This document shows positions 7,105 to 17,099 of a DNA stretch of 64,000 nt, in pieces. Position numbers and translations under genes: made by a program. This DNA is from an uncultured Actinomycetes bacterium (GTDB lineage Bacteria; Actinomycetota; Thermoleophilia; UBA2241), in NCBI GenBank assembly GCA_963755025.1, contig CAVWIH010000012.1, positions 14,017 through 78,016 on the forward strand. The letters are read 5' to 3'. The notes under the pieces are model-generated. The model was not told the DNA's origin. It made no database searches and saw nothing but the letters and a program-made list of their open reading frames with translations. How positions within the stretch are numbered: the first letter of the stretch is position 1; each line of letters starts with the position of its first letter.

Positions 7105-10100
7105 GTGTCGCCGTCCCACCGAGTGTCCGCGGCATCGCCGCCACGACTTGAGTTCAGGATCCCCTCGGCGGGGGCTCATCTGCTGCGCGCCCGCGAGCGC
7201 CTGCGCGACTACCTCGGCTTGTACTGCGACGAGCGCGAGGTGGTCGACGACGTCGTGCTCTGCGTCGAAGAGGCGTGCACGAACGCCATCCGCCACAGCG
7301 GCTCGCGCGACGACATCACGATCGCCCTCGAGTTCTCCGACGGCCACCTCGTCGCGCTCGTCCGCGACCGCGGCTGCGGCTTTGCCACCGCCCGCTTCGA
7401 ACCGGCCCTGCCCGAGCTCATGGACGACCACGGCCGCGGCCTCTATATCATCGCCAGCCTCATGGACGACCTCGAGCTCTCCTGCGACGGCGGCTGCCAG
7501 GTGCGCATGACGCGGCGCGTCGCGCCGCGCGGCACCGTGCCGCCCATCGAAAGCGGTCTCGGCGAGGTGCGCGCCGGCGACGGCCCGGGGCAGCGCGCGA
7601 CCCGCCTGCGCGCCATGCTCGAAGAGATCGACGAGGCCTTCGCCGCCTTCGACTGGGAGTATCGCTGCGTGCACGCCAACGGCACTGCGCTGCAGCTCGC
7701 CGGCAAGTCGCTCGACGAACTGCTCGGCCGGCAGCCCTGGGAGCTGTTCCCGGCGCTGGCCGGCAGCGCCCTCGAGCGCGCCTACCGCGACGCCATGGAG
7801 CTCGGCAAGTCGCGCACGATCGAGCACTGCTCGTCGACAAGCGGCGACTGGCTCGAGGTCCGCATCTACCCCACCGCGGCGGGGGTGAGCTCCTACTACC
7901 GCGGCATCAACGAGCGCAAGCGCACCGAGCGCGACCTCGAACGTCTGCTCGAAGCCTACGAACGCGAGCTCTCGCGCAGCACGCTGCTGCGCGACGTGGC
8001 GCGCGCCGCCGCGAGCTCGCTGGGCCTGAGCGAGATCTGTCAGCGCGTGCTCGAGCAGATCCACCTGCACGCCGACTTGCGCGCGGCGGCCATCTACGCC
8101 GCCGACTGGCCGGCCGGCACGCTGCACGCCCTGGCGCTGTTCGGCTACACCGACGCCGTCGCGGCCGGCCTCCGCGAGTTGCCCATCAGCGCCCTGACCG
8201 ACTGTGGCCGGCTCGTGCTCGAGGGTCTGCCCGAGATCGTCGGCGGGCGCGACGAGGCCCACGTGGCGTCCTCCCAGAGCGACGCCACGGCGACCGCGCC
8301 GGCCACGCTCTCGCTGCCGATCTGCCATCAGGACGAGACGCTCGGAGCCCTGACGCTGCGCTACGCGGCGCAGGGCGGCCGCGGTCCCGAGAGCGTCGAG
8401 CTGTACCGCGGCGTGGCGGCGATCCTCGGCAGCGCCATGGCCAACGCCCGCAGCTACCAGGTCGAGGTCGAGGCGCAGGAGGCGCTGCGCCGCTACAAGC
8501 TGCTGGCCGACGAGGCGCGCGACGCCATGCTCTTCGTGCGCCGCCGCGACGGCCGCATCCTCGAGGCCAATCGCGCCGCCGAGTCGATGTACGGCCACAC
8601 CCGCGACGAGCTGCTCGCCCTGTCCATCCACGACTTGCGCGCCGCCGAGACCGCGACCCGGACCGTAGGTCAAATGGCTGAGGCTGCGAGCGACGGGATC
8701 CTCTTCGAGACGTGGCATCGCCGCCGCGACGGCTCGACGTTCCCGGTCGAGGTCAGCTCGCGCGGCACGGCCACCAAAGACGGCGAGGTCATGCTGCTCA
8801 GCATCATCCGCGACATCAGCCGCCGCCTGCAGGCCGAGCAGGCGCTGCGCGACAGCGAGGACCGCTACCGCGGCCTGGTCGACCTGAGCCCCGAGGCTAT
8901 CCTCGTGCACGCCGAGGGCCGCATCGTCTTCGTCAACCCGGCGGCCGTCGCCCTGCTCGGCGCCGCCACACCCGACGAGCTGATCGGCATACCTGTCCTC
9001 GACACCATCCACCCAGACGAACGCGAGGCCGTCGTGGCCCGCGTCGAGCACGCCCGGCAGGGCGGGGTCACGCCCCTGGTCCGCCGGCGCTGGTTGCGCC
9101 TCGACGGCCTTGTCGTCGACACCGAGGTGACGGGCGCCGGGGTCGAGTTCGACGGCAAGCCCGCGGTGCAGGTCGTGGCGCGCGACGTGGGCGCACGCAT
9201 GCGCGCCGAAGCGGCCGCGGCGGCCGAGCTCGGCTTCACCAACACCCTGCTGCGCGCCGTCGAAGCGCTGTCGTCGTCGATGCAGATCGACACGGTGCTC
9301 GACCGCCTCGCCGGACTGCTCCTCGAAGCGGTCGGCGCCGGGCGGCTCGCTGTGCTCCTGTGGGACGACGAAAGCGGCGAGCTCTCCGTGGCCCTGTCAA
9401 AGGGCGGCGCCTCGTTTGCCGTGGGCACCACCTGGCCACGACAGGGCGCGCCCGGCAGCCCGGTGGTGCGGCGCCTCGTAGCTGCGCCCGTGGCGCAGAC
9501 CATCGACTTCGAGGCTGCCGACATGCCACACGCCGTCCGCGAGACCGCCGCGCGCATCGGCCTGCGACTGGCGCTGACCCTGCCCATCACGGCCGGCGCC
9601 GAGCTGCTCGGCTACGTCGCCCTCGACGAGCGCGACGCGCGCCGCGAGTTCAGCGCGCGCGAATGCCGCCTCGCCGAGGCGATCTGCGACCAGGCGTCGG
9701 TGGCCCTCGACAACGCCCGCCTCTACGAGCAGGAGCACGACGTCGCCCAATCGTTGCGCGGCGCCCTGCTCAAGCTGCCCGAGACCGTCTCGGGCCTGTC
9801 CTACGCCCACCACTACCGGGCGGCGGTGCGACCGGCCATGGTCGGCGGCGATTTCTACGACCTCTTCGAGCTCGACCACGGCCTGCTGGGCATCGTGGTC
9901 GGCGACATCTCGGGCAAGGGCCTCCCGGCGGCGGTCCTCACGAGCCTCGTGAAGAACACGATCCGCGCCCACGCCACAGAGAAGGGCAAGACGCCGGCCG
10001 AGGTCGTCTCGCTGACGAACACGGTGCTCGTGCGCGAGACCGCCACCGAGACCTTCGCCACGGTCTTCTTCGGCATGCTCGACCGCCGCGACGGCCGCCT

Positions 10101-10488
10101 GATCTACTGCAACGCCGGGCACCCGGCGAGCGTCGTGGTCCGCCCCGGCGGCGACGTCGCGGCGCTGCCCGCCACCTCGCCGCTGATCGGCGCCTTCGCC
10201 GACTTCGCCTTTCGCAACGCCGAGGCGCACCTGTCGTGCGACGACGTGCTGTTCCTCTACACCGACGGCCTGACCGACGCCCGCGACGGCGGCCGGCTGT
10301 TCGGTGAGGAACGACTCTTCGAAGTGATCGGCGACTCGTGCCGCGCCACGCCCGCCGAGATGGTCACGCGCGTCGTTGAGCGCGTCGTCGAGTTCGCCGG
10401 CGACGGGCTGCGCGACGACCTCGCGGTGCTTGCCCTGCAGCGCCACGAGCCGCCGGGCCCCAGCCAGCAGAAGCTGCGGTTCGACTAG
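7105..10488 (+). CDS. Fused RsbW-like HATPase kinase, PAS, GAF, PAS, PAS, GAF, SpoIIE/PP2C phosphatase (paralog 1)
   Basis: GTG 7105 after GGGAG; N-box EEACTNAIRH, DRGCGF, GRGLYII; PP2C motifs GGDFYD, GDISGKG, YTDGL, DDLAVL. Confidence 0.9.
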   Translation: MSPSHRVSAASPPRLEFRIPSAGAHLLRARERLRDYLGLYCDEREVVDDVVLCVEEACTNAIRHSGSRDDITIALEFSDGHLVALVRDRGCGFATARFEPALPELMDDHGRGLYIIASLMDDLELSCDGGCQVRMTRRVAPRGTVPPIESGLGEVRAGDGPGQRATRLRAMLEEIDEAFAAFDWEYRCVHANGTALQLAGKSLDELLGRQPWELFPALAGSALERAYRDAMELGKSRTIEHCSSTSGDWLEVRIYPTAAGVSSYYRGINERKRTERDLERLLEAYERELSRSTLLRDVARAAASSLGLSEICQRVLEQIHLHADLRAAAIYAADWPAGTLHALALFGYTDAVAAGLRELPISALTDCGRLVLEGLPEIVGGRDEAHVASSQSDATATAPATLSLPICHQDETLGALTLRYAAQGGRGPESVELYRGVAAILGSAMANARSYQVEVEAQEALRRYKLLADEARDAMLFVRRRDGRILEANRAAESMYGHTRDELLALSIHDLRAAETATRTVGQMAEAASDGILFETWHRRRDGSTFPVEVSSRGTATKDGEVMLLSIIRDISRRLQAEQALRDSEDRYRGLVDLSPEAILVHAEGRIVFVNPAAVALLGAATPDELIGIPVLDTIHPDEREAVVARVEHARQGGVTPLVRRRWLRLDGLVVDTEVTGAGVEFDGKPAVQVVARDVGARMRAEAAAAAELGFTNTLLRAVEALSSSMQIDTVLDRLAGLLLEAVGAGRLAVLLWDDESGELSVALSKGGASFAVGTTWPRQGAPGSPVVRRLVAAPVAQTIDFEAADMPHAVRETAARIGLRLALTLPITAGAELLGYVALDERDARREFSARECRLAEAICDQASVALDNARLYEQEHDVAQSLRGALLKLPETVSGLSYAHHYRAAVRPAMVGGDFYDLFELDHGLLGIVVGDISGKGLPAAVLTSLVKNTIRAHATEKGKTPAEVVSLTNTVLVRETATETFATVFFGMLDRRDGRLIYCNAGHPASVVVRPGGDVAALPATSPLIGAFADFAFRNAEAHLSCDDVLFLYTDGLTDARDGGRLFGEERLFEVIGDSCRATPAEMVTRVVERVVEFAGDGLRDDLAVLALQRHEPPGPSQQKLRFD

Positions 10489-10494
10489 CGGCCG

Positions 10495-11091
10495 TCAGCG
10501 CCGTGCGTCGGCCATGGCGCGCGGCAGGGCGACGGCGGCCCGCACGAAGTCGCGCCGCGAACGCCCCAGCGCCTCGTGCAGGGCGGCCGTGGCCCGCGGT
10601 CCGTGCAGGGCGGTGCCGTGGCCCACCAGCAGGTGCTCGGGCTCGAACGGCGACAGGCGGCGCGGCGGCCACAGCCGCAGCCCGATATGCACGCCGGCGC
10701 CCATGCGACCGGGCGCGTAGAACGAGGCGGTGCCGATCGCCTCGGCGACGACCAGCACCCGGGGCTCGGGCCACCACAGGGCGACTTCGTTCCAGAACCG
10801 ATTGGCCACGAGTCCGACGACCTCGAACGGCGAGTCGGGCACCGCGGCCGGCACGCGGAGGTGCGGCACGCCGAGCCGTTCGGCCACCGCCGCGCACCCG
10901 CGACCGTGGCGGTCGAGCAGCTGCAGGACGGCCGCCGGACGACGGCGCGCCAAGGCGCGCTCGAGCGCGGCGGGTTCGTCGGTCGGGTCGATCAGCCAGA
11001 CGCGGTCGGCGTCGACCAGGGCGTGCGAGGTGCGCACCGCCGGTTCGTCGAGCACCCAGGTGAGTCCGAAGGCGCTCTCTTCGAGCAGCAC
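10495..11091 (-). CDS. Hypothetical protein with a degenerate metallo-beta-lactamase-like fold
   Basis: Probable GTG 11091, just after the microprotein stop; VWLIDP, LLDRHGRGC, LVVAEA and LLVGHG resemble MBL motifs with incomplete metal ligands. Confidence 0.6.
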   Translation of the reverse strand: MLLEESAFGLTWVLDEPAVRTSHALVDADRVWLIDPTDEPAALERALARRRPAAVLQLLDRHGRGCAAVAERLGVPHLRVPAAVPDSPFEVVGLVANRFWNEVALWWPEPRVLVVAEAIGTASFYAPGRMGAGVHIGLRLWPPRRLSPFEPEHLLVGHGTALHGPRATAALHEALGRSRRDFVRAAVALPRAMADARR

Positions 11092-11096
11092 TCCGG

Positions 11097-11252
11097 TCAG
11101 GCCTTGAGCACGAGCGGCTTGCCGCAGCACGACACGGGCTCGGCGCATGAGCACGCCCCCGTGTCGCCGCAGGAGCTCTTGACCTCGATCTCGAGCCCGC
11201 ACGTCTCGCAGCGGTAGACCTCGCCGGCTTTCATCTCGTGACAGTGAGCCAT
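11097..11252 (-). CDS. 51-aa Cys-rich desulforedoxin-like microprotein (not in the ORF track)
   Basis: AGGAG, 5 nt, ATG 11252; translation MAHCHEMKAGEVYRCETCGLEIEVKSSCGDTGACSCAEPVSCCGKPLVLKA; TGA 11099-11097; CxxC...CCG pattern. Confidence 0.8.
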   Translation of the reverse strand: MAHCHEMKAGEVYRCETCGLEIEVKSSCGDTGACSCAEPVSCCGKPLVLKA

Positions 11253-11268
11253 CACGTCTCCTTTGTCT

Positions 11269-12427
11269 CTAACGCCCGGCGGCGATGAACCGCAGGGCGC
11301 GCTGCAGCGCCAGGTCGACCTTGCTGGTGGACGGCTGCGCCACGACGATGTCGGGTTCGATGCCCTTGTGGTTGATGTTGCGTCCGTGCGGCGTGAGGTA
11401 GGCGGCGATCGTGATCTTCAGGCTGGCTCCGCCGCGCAGCGGCAGGACCGTCTGCACGACCCCCTTGCCGAAGGTCCTGGTGCCGATCACGGTGGCGCGC
11501 CCGTAGTCCTGCAGGGCGCCGGTGACGATCTCGGAGGCGCTGGCCGTGTTGCCGTTGACGAGCAGGACGAGGGGCAGGCTGGTGGGGTGGCCGCCGTTGG
11601 TCTTGAGCACGGTGCGTGGCGCGTGCAAGCCCTGGGTGGTCACGACCACCTTGCCGGCCGGCAGAAAGTCGTCGGCCACGTTGACGGCCTCGTCGACCAG
11701 TCCGCCGCCGTTGTCGCGCAGGTCGAAGATCAGCGACTGCGCGCCGCGCTTCTGCAGGGACGCGATCGCCGTCCCCACCTGCTGCCCGGCGCCCTGGGCG
11801 AACGCGGCCAGCGATACGTAGCCCACCTTGACGCCGTGGTCGTTCACCAGGCGCGAGCTGGTGAGCGGCCGCGAGATCTTGCTGCGCGTGAGGGTCAGGT
11901 CGATGAGGCTCGCCACGCCCGTGCGCCGCAGCTGGAGCCGCACCTGCGTCCCGGCCGGGCCCACGATGCGCGCCACGACGGAGTCGACCGACTTGCCGGC
12001 CGTCGAGGCGCCGTCGACCGCCATGATGACCTCGCCCGGCACGATGCCGGCGCGGGCCGCCGGCGACCCCGGGAACACCTGGATCACGACCGGCCGGCCG
12101 GCCTTTGTGTCGACCGCGGTGCCGATCCCCGTATAGCTGCCGCTGAGCTCCTGGCTGAACGCCTGGGATTCGGCCTTCGTGAAGTACACGGTGTAGGGGT
12201 CGTGCAGACGGCGAAAGCAGGCCGGTGATGCCCGCCTGGCCGAGCTTGGCGGTGTCGATGGGGCGGTAGTAGTCGCGCTGCAGGTCCTGCAGGACCTGCC
12301 GGTAGAGGGCGGTCTGGCCGTTCACGCCCGCAGTCGTGCCGCCGCGGTTCAGCAGCGTGGCCAAGCCGAAGCCCGCCACGAACGCGAGCACGATGACGAG
12401 GACGGGGAGCAGTCTTCTGGTGCGCAT
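11269..12427 (-). CDS. S41 family carboxyl-terminal protease with PDZ domain (one frameshift near 12210)
   Basis: N-terminal TM lies in frame 11252..12451 (ATG 12427). The remainder lies in 11269..12189 with YTGIG, DLRDNGGGL, TASASEI and GTRTFGKG. Confidence 0.88.
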
Positions 12428-12475
12428 GGCCCCGATAGTACCCGCTCGCACCGCGGTCTGGAGCGGTATCTTCCG

Positions 12476-14007
12476 CTAGCGCCGCGGGCGCGGCGCGGCG
12501 AAGCGCGACGCCGCAAACCCGATCAGGGCATCGAGGCGGTCGAGGTCGAGGTTGGCCTCGACGTGGTCGGCGAGGCGCTCGAAGTCTGACCCGTACGCGG
12601 CCGGCGGCCGCGCCGGCAGACCGGCGGCCGCCCGCAGACGGTCGAGGAACCCGGCGCGAAAAGCGGGCGCGTCGAACAGGCCGTGCAGATAGGTGCCGCA
12701 GACCCGTCCGTCGGCGGAGACGGCGCCGTCGGGGTGCGCCCTCCCCGCCGCGCCGCCGCCCGCAGGCGCGCGAAGGGGCGCACTCCGGGCGAGAGGTGCG
12801 TGCGCCCCATGTGGATCTCGTAGCCGCGCAGCGGCGCCGGCAGGAGCGAGCGCGCCGCCGTCGGTCAGGCCGCTCGCCCGGACGGTGCGCTTCGCGGCGG
12901 CGAAGGTCGTCTCGACGTCGAGCAGGCCGAGCCCCGCCGTCTGCGGCGCGGCCGACTCGACCGCGCCGGGGTCGAGGATGCGGCGGCCGAGCATCTGGTA
13001 GCCGCCGCAGATGCCGATCACCGGCACGCCGCGCGGCGGCGGCTGCGCGAGCGCGGCCGCGAGGCCGCGCTCGCGCAGCCAGGCCAGGTCGGCCACCGTG
13101 CCTTGGTGCCCGGCAGCACGACGGCGGTCGCGCCCGAGAGGCCGCCGGGCCGTCGACGAACTCGACGGCCACGTCGGGCTCTGCGGCGAGCGCGTCGAAG
13201 TCGGTGGTGTTGCTCAGGAAAGGCAGGCGCACCACGGCGATGCGCAGCGGCCGCCCGGTCGGCCGGCGGCGCTGGTCGTCGAGGGCCACCGAGTCCTCCT
13301 CGTCGCCGCGCCAGCCCTCGAGCCAGGGCACGACGCCGAGCGTCGGCACGCCGGTGCGCTCCTCGAGAAGCTCGAGGCCGGGAGTGAGGTGGGCGGCGTC
13401 GCCGCGGAACTTGTTGACCACGAAGCCACCGACCAGGGCGCGCTCGGGCGCGGTGAACAGCTCCATGTGACCGAGCAGCGCGGCGAAGACGCCGCCGCGG
13501 TCGATGTCGCCGACCAGCAGCACCGGGGCGCCGGCGTGCCGCGCGACGCGCATGTTGACGATGTCGGAGTCGCGCAGGTTGATCTCGGCCGAGCTGCCGG
13601 CGCCCTCGATGACGACGAGCTCGCTGGGCGCCCCGCAGGCGAGCCAGCGCCGCGGTGACGAGCGGCCAGACCTCGGCCTGATAGGCGTGGTAGTCGGCGA
13701 CCGACAGCTCGCCGACCGGTCGGCCCATGACGACCACCTGACTGGCGCTGCGGGTGGACGGTTTGAGCAGCACGGGGTTCATGTCGACGTGCGGCTCGAT
13801 GCCGGCGGCGGCGGCCTGAAAGACCTGGGCGCGGCCCATCTCGTCGCCGGCCGCGGTGACCGCCGAGTTCAGCGCCATGTTCTGTGCCTTGAACGGCGCG
13901 ACCGACAAGCCGCGGCGCGCGTAGATACGGCACAGGGCGGCCGTCAGCACCGTCTTGCCCACATGCGAGGCGGTGCCCTGGAGCATGATGACGCGGCCGG
14001 GTCTCAC
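12476..14007 (-). CDS. cobQ: Cobyric acid synthase (several frameshifts)
   Basis: [52 protein letters not shown] and GTYLHGLF are spread over ORFs 13018..14007, 12084..13553 and 12476..13096. Confidence 0.9.
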
Positions 14008-14143
14008 CGCACCACTGTATCGCAGCGGCGCCGTTCGGCACGACCGGCCGGGCGCTGGCTATACTTGGCCGTGGGCCGGCCCACGAGCCGCAGCGGCAGT
14101 CCGGGGCCAGTCCCGCCGTCGCACACACCAAGCAAGGAGTCCT

Positions 14144-17099
14144 GTGCCGCCGTCGCCCGAGACCTCGAACACCCCGCCGCCGCATCTCTACTTCAACGTC
14201 CCTCCTGAACCGTCGCACCTGCTGCGCGCCCGCGAACGGCTGCGCGACTACCTGCGTCAGTACTGCACCGAGCAGCGCGTGATCGACGACCTCGTGCTCT
14301 GCGTCGAGGAAGCCTGCACCAACGCCATCCGCCACAGCGGCTCCGACGCCGACATCGCGATCTCGCTCGCCTTCGATGACGGCCTCCTGGCGGCCACCGT
14401 CAAGGACCGGGGAGCGGCCTTCGACGTGGCGCGCTTCGACCCGGCGGCCACGCCCGACCCGACCGTCGACCACGGCCGCGGCCTCTACATCATCGCCGCC
14501 CTCATGGACTCGCTCCGCCTGGTCGTCGACGGCGGTCTCGAGGTGCACATGGCGCGCCGGGCGGTCCCCAGCTGCGCGCCCACCGCGCTCGAGTCGGGCA
14601 TCGGCGGACAGGCCGGCAACGCCGGTCATCGCGACGCCCGCACCCGAGCCATGCTCGAAGAGATCGACGAAGCCTTTCTGGCCTTCGACTGGGAGTACCG
14701 CTGCCGTGCACGTCAACGGCGCCGCCCTGCGCCTCACCGGCAAGTCGCGCGACGAACTGCTGGGTCACACGCCCTGGGAGGTGTTTCCGCAGTTGCGCGA
14801 GAGCCCGCTCGCCGAGCACTACCGGGCGGCCATGGAGCTCGGCATGCCTTCGGTCTTCGAGCACCGTTCGGTCGCAAGCGGCGACTGGCTCGAGGTGCGC
14901 ATCTACCCGACCGAGGCGGGGGTCAGCGCCTACTACCGCGAGATCGCGGAGCGCAAGGCCATAGAGCAGGAGGTCGTAGCCACCAAGGCCGAGCTCGCCG
15001 CCACGCTGGCCGCCATCACCGACGGGTTCTACACGCTCGACCGCGAGTGGCGCGTGACGTACCTGAACGACAAGGCCGCCACCGTCTTCCCCGGCGGCAA
15101 AGAGGCGCTCGGCGGCGACTTTCGGGAGCTGTTCCCCGACGCCGCCGGCAGCGAGTTCGAGAGCAACAAGCGCCGCGCCATGGAGCTCGGCGAGGTCCGC
15201 GCCTTCGAGGCCTACTACCCCGCGTTCGACACCTGGTACGAGGAGCGCGACTACCCGAGCGAGCAGGGCATCACGGTGCTGTTCACCGACATCGGCGAGC
15301 GCAAGCGCATCGAGCTCGAGCGCGACCGGCTGCTCGCCCGCGAGCACGAGGCCCTCGAAGCCCGGGTCGTCGCCGAGCGCAGCGCGCGCCACGAGCTCGA
15401 GACCGCGAGCCTGCTGCTCGAAGCGGCGACGGCGGCGGCCTCGTGGGCCGACCTCGACCAGATGCTGGGCGCGCTCGGCGACCTTCTGCTGCGCTCGATC
15501 GACCACGAGCGTATCCTGCTCGAGCTCTGGGACGCGGACGCCCGCGAGGTCGAGATCGCCGTCTCGCGGGGCTCCGCGGCGGCGCCCAGGGAGCGCTTCG
15601 CCTTCGACCGCATCTCGGACGGCGCCAAACGGGCGATCGCGACCCAGACCACGGTCGTGATCGACTACGCCCAGACCGGACTGCCCGAGCCACAGAAGCA
15701 GTACGTCGACGAACACGCTTTCTTGCTCATGCTCGTCGTGCCCATGGTCTACCGCGAACGCCTTGTCGGACTCATCACCGTCGATCAGCCCGCGGAGCAC
15801 CGGGAGTTCAGCGCCCGTGAGATCGAGCTGGTCGAGGCCTTCGCGGCCCAGGCCGGCGCCGCCATCGCCAACGCCAGGCTCTACGGCGAGTCACTGCAGC
15901 GGGCCCGGCTGGCCGAGGCGCTCAACGACATCGGCGACCTCATCCACTCGACGCTCGAGTTCGACGACATCATGCGGCGCGCCATGGAGCGCGGCGTGCG
16001 CACGCTCGGTTCAGACGCTGGCGCGATCGAGATGCGCGAGGCCGGCTCCTGGGTGGTGCGCTACCAGTACGGGTTCTCGGCCGACGACGTGGGCCTGCGT
16101 CTGGCCGACGCCGAGGCGCCGAACGCCATGGCCGCCGAACGCCGCAAGAGCCCGGTGGTGATCGCCGACCTGGCCGCCGACGCCACCCTGAACGTGGGCT
16201 TCGTCAAGGCGCACGCGCTCAGGTCGGTGCTGGCGGTGCCGTTGCTCGTCAGAGACACTGTGATCGGCTGCCTGCTGTTCTACGGCCGCGAGACGAGGGT
16301 GTTCGACGAAGCCGAGATCGACTTCGCCCGCAAGCTCGGCACCACCGTATCGTTCGCCATCGAGAACGCTCAGCTCTACGCCGCCCAGCAGGGCATCGCG
16401 CTCACGCTGCAGGAGCACTTCCTGCACCCGCTGCCCACGGCCCCGGGGCTCGAGTTCGCCGCGGTGTCGGCCACCGCCTTCGAGCCCTCGCTGGTGGGCG
16501 GCGACTTTCACGACGCCTTCCCCTTGCCCGACGGACGACTGTTCCTCGTCATGGGCGACGTGATGGGCAAGGGTGTGCGGGCGGCGGGCCTCACCGAGAC
16601 CACGCGCACCGCCGTGCGGGCGGTGGCGCTCACCCTGCCGTCGCCGTCGCCGGGCGCCGTGCTGGCCCTCGTGAACCGGCTCATCACAAGCGAGACCGAC
16701 CAGCTCGTCACGACCTTCCTAGCCCTGCTCGACGTCACGACGGGCGAGGCCCGCCTGGCCAGCGCCGGCCACCCCCCGCCCGTGCACCTGGCGGCCGGCG
16801 GCGCGACCGAACTGATCGCCCTGAAGTTCGGTCCGCCGCTCGGCGCCGCAGAGCGCGTCTATCCCGAAGGCCGGCTGTGCCTGGCGCCCGGGGACGCGCT
16901 CGTGCTATATACCGACGGCGTCACCGAAGCGCGCCGCCGCGGCGAGCTCTTCGGCGAGGACCGGCTGGTGCGCACGCTCGCGGCCGCCGCCGACAGGAGC
17001 CCCCAGGTGCTGGTCGACGCGGTGCGCGACGCTGTGGCCGCCTTTGCCGACCGCCTCACCGACGACGTCGACGTGCTCGCCCTGCGCCGTCTGGGGTAG
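14144..17099 (+). CDS. Fused RsbW-like kinase, PAS, PAS, GAF, GAF, SpoIIE/PP2C phosphatase (paralog 2; frameshift near 14705)
   Basis: AAGGAG then GTG 14144; EEACTNAIRH and GRGLYII in ORF 13955..15820; continues in ORF 14376..17099 with GGDFHD, GDVMGKG, YTDGV, DDVDVL. Confidence 0.88.

Noticed and set aside
14008-14143. Cobalamin riboswitch upstream of cobQ
   Set aside because: The spacer is short, no B12-box is recognisable, and the gene looks leaderless.
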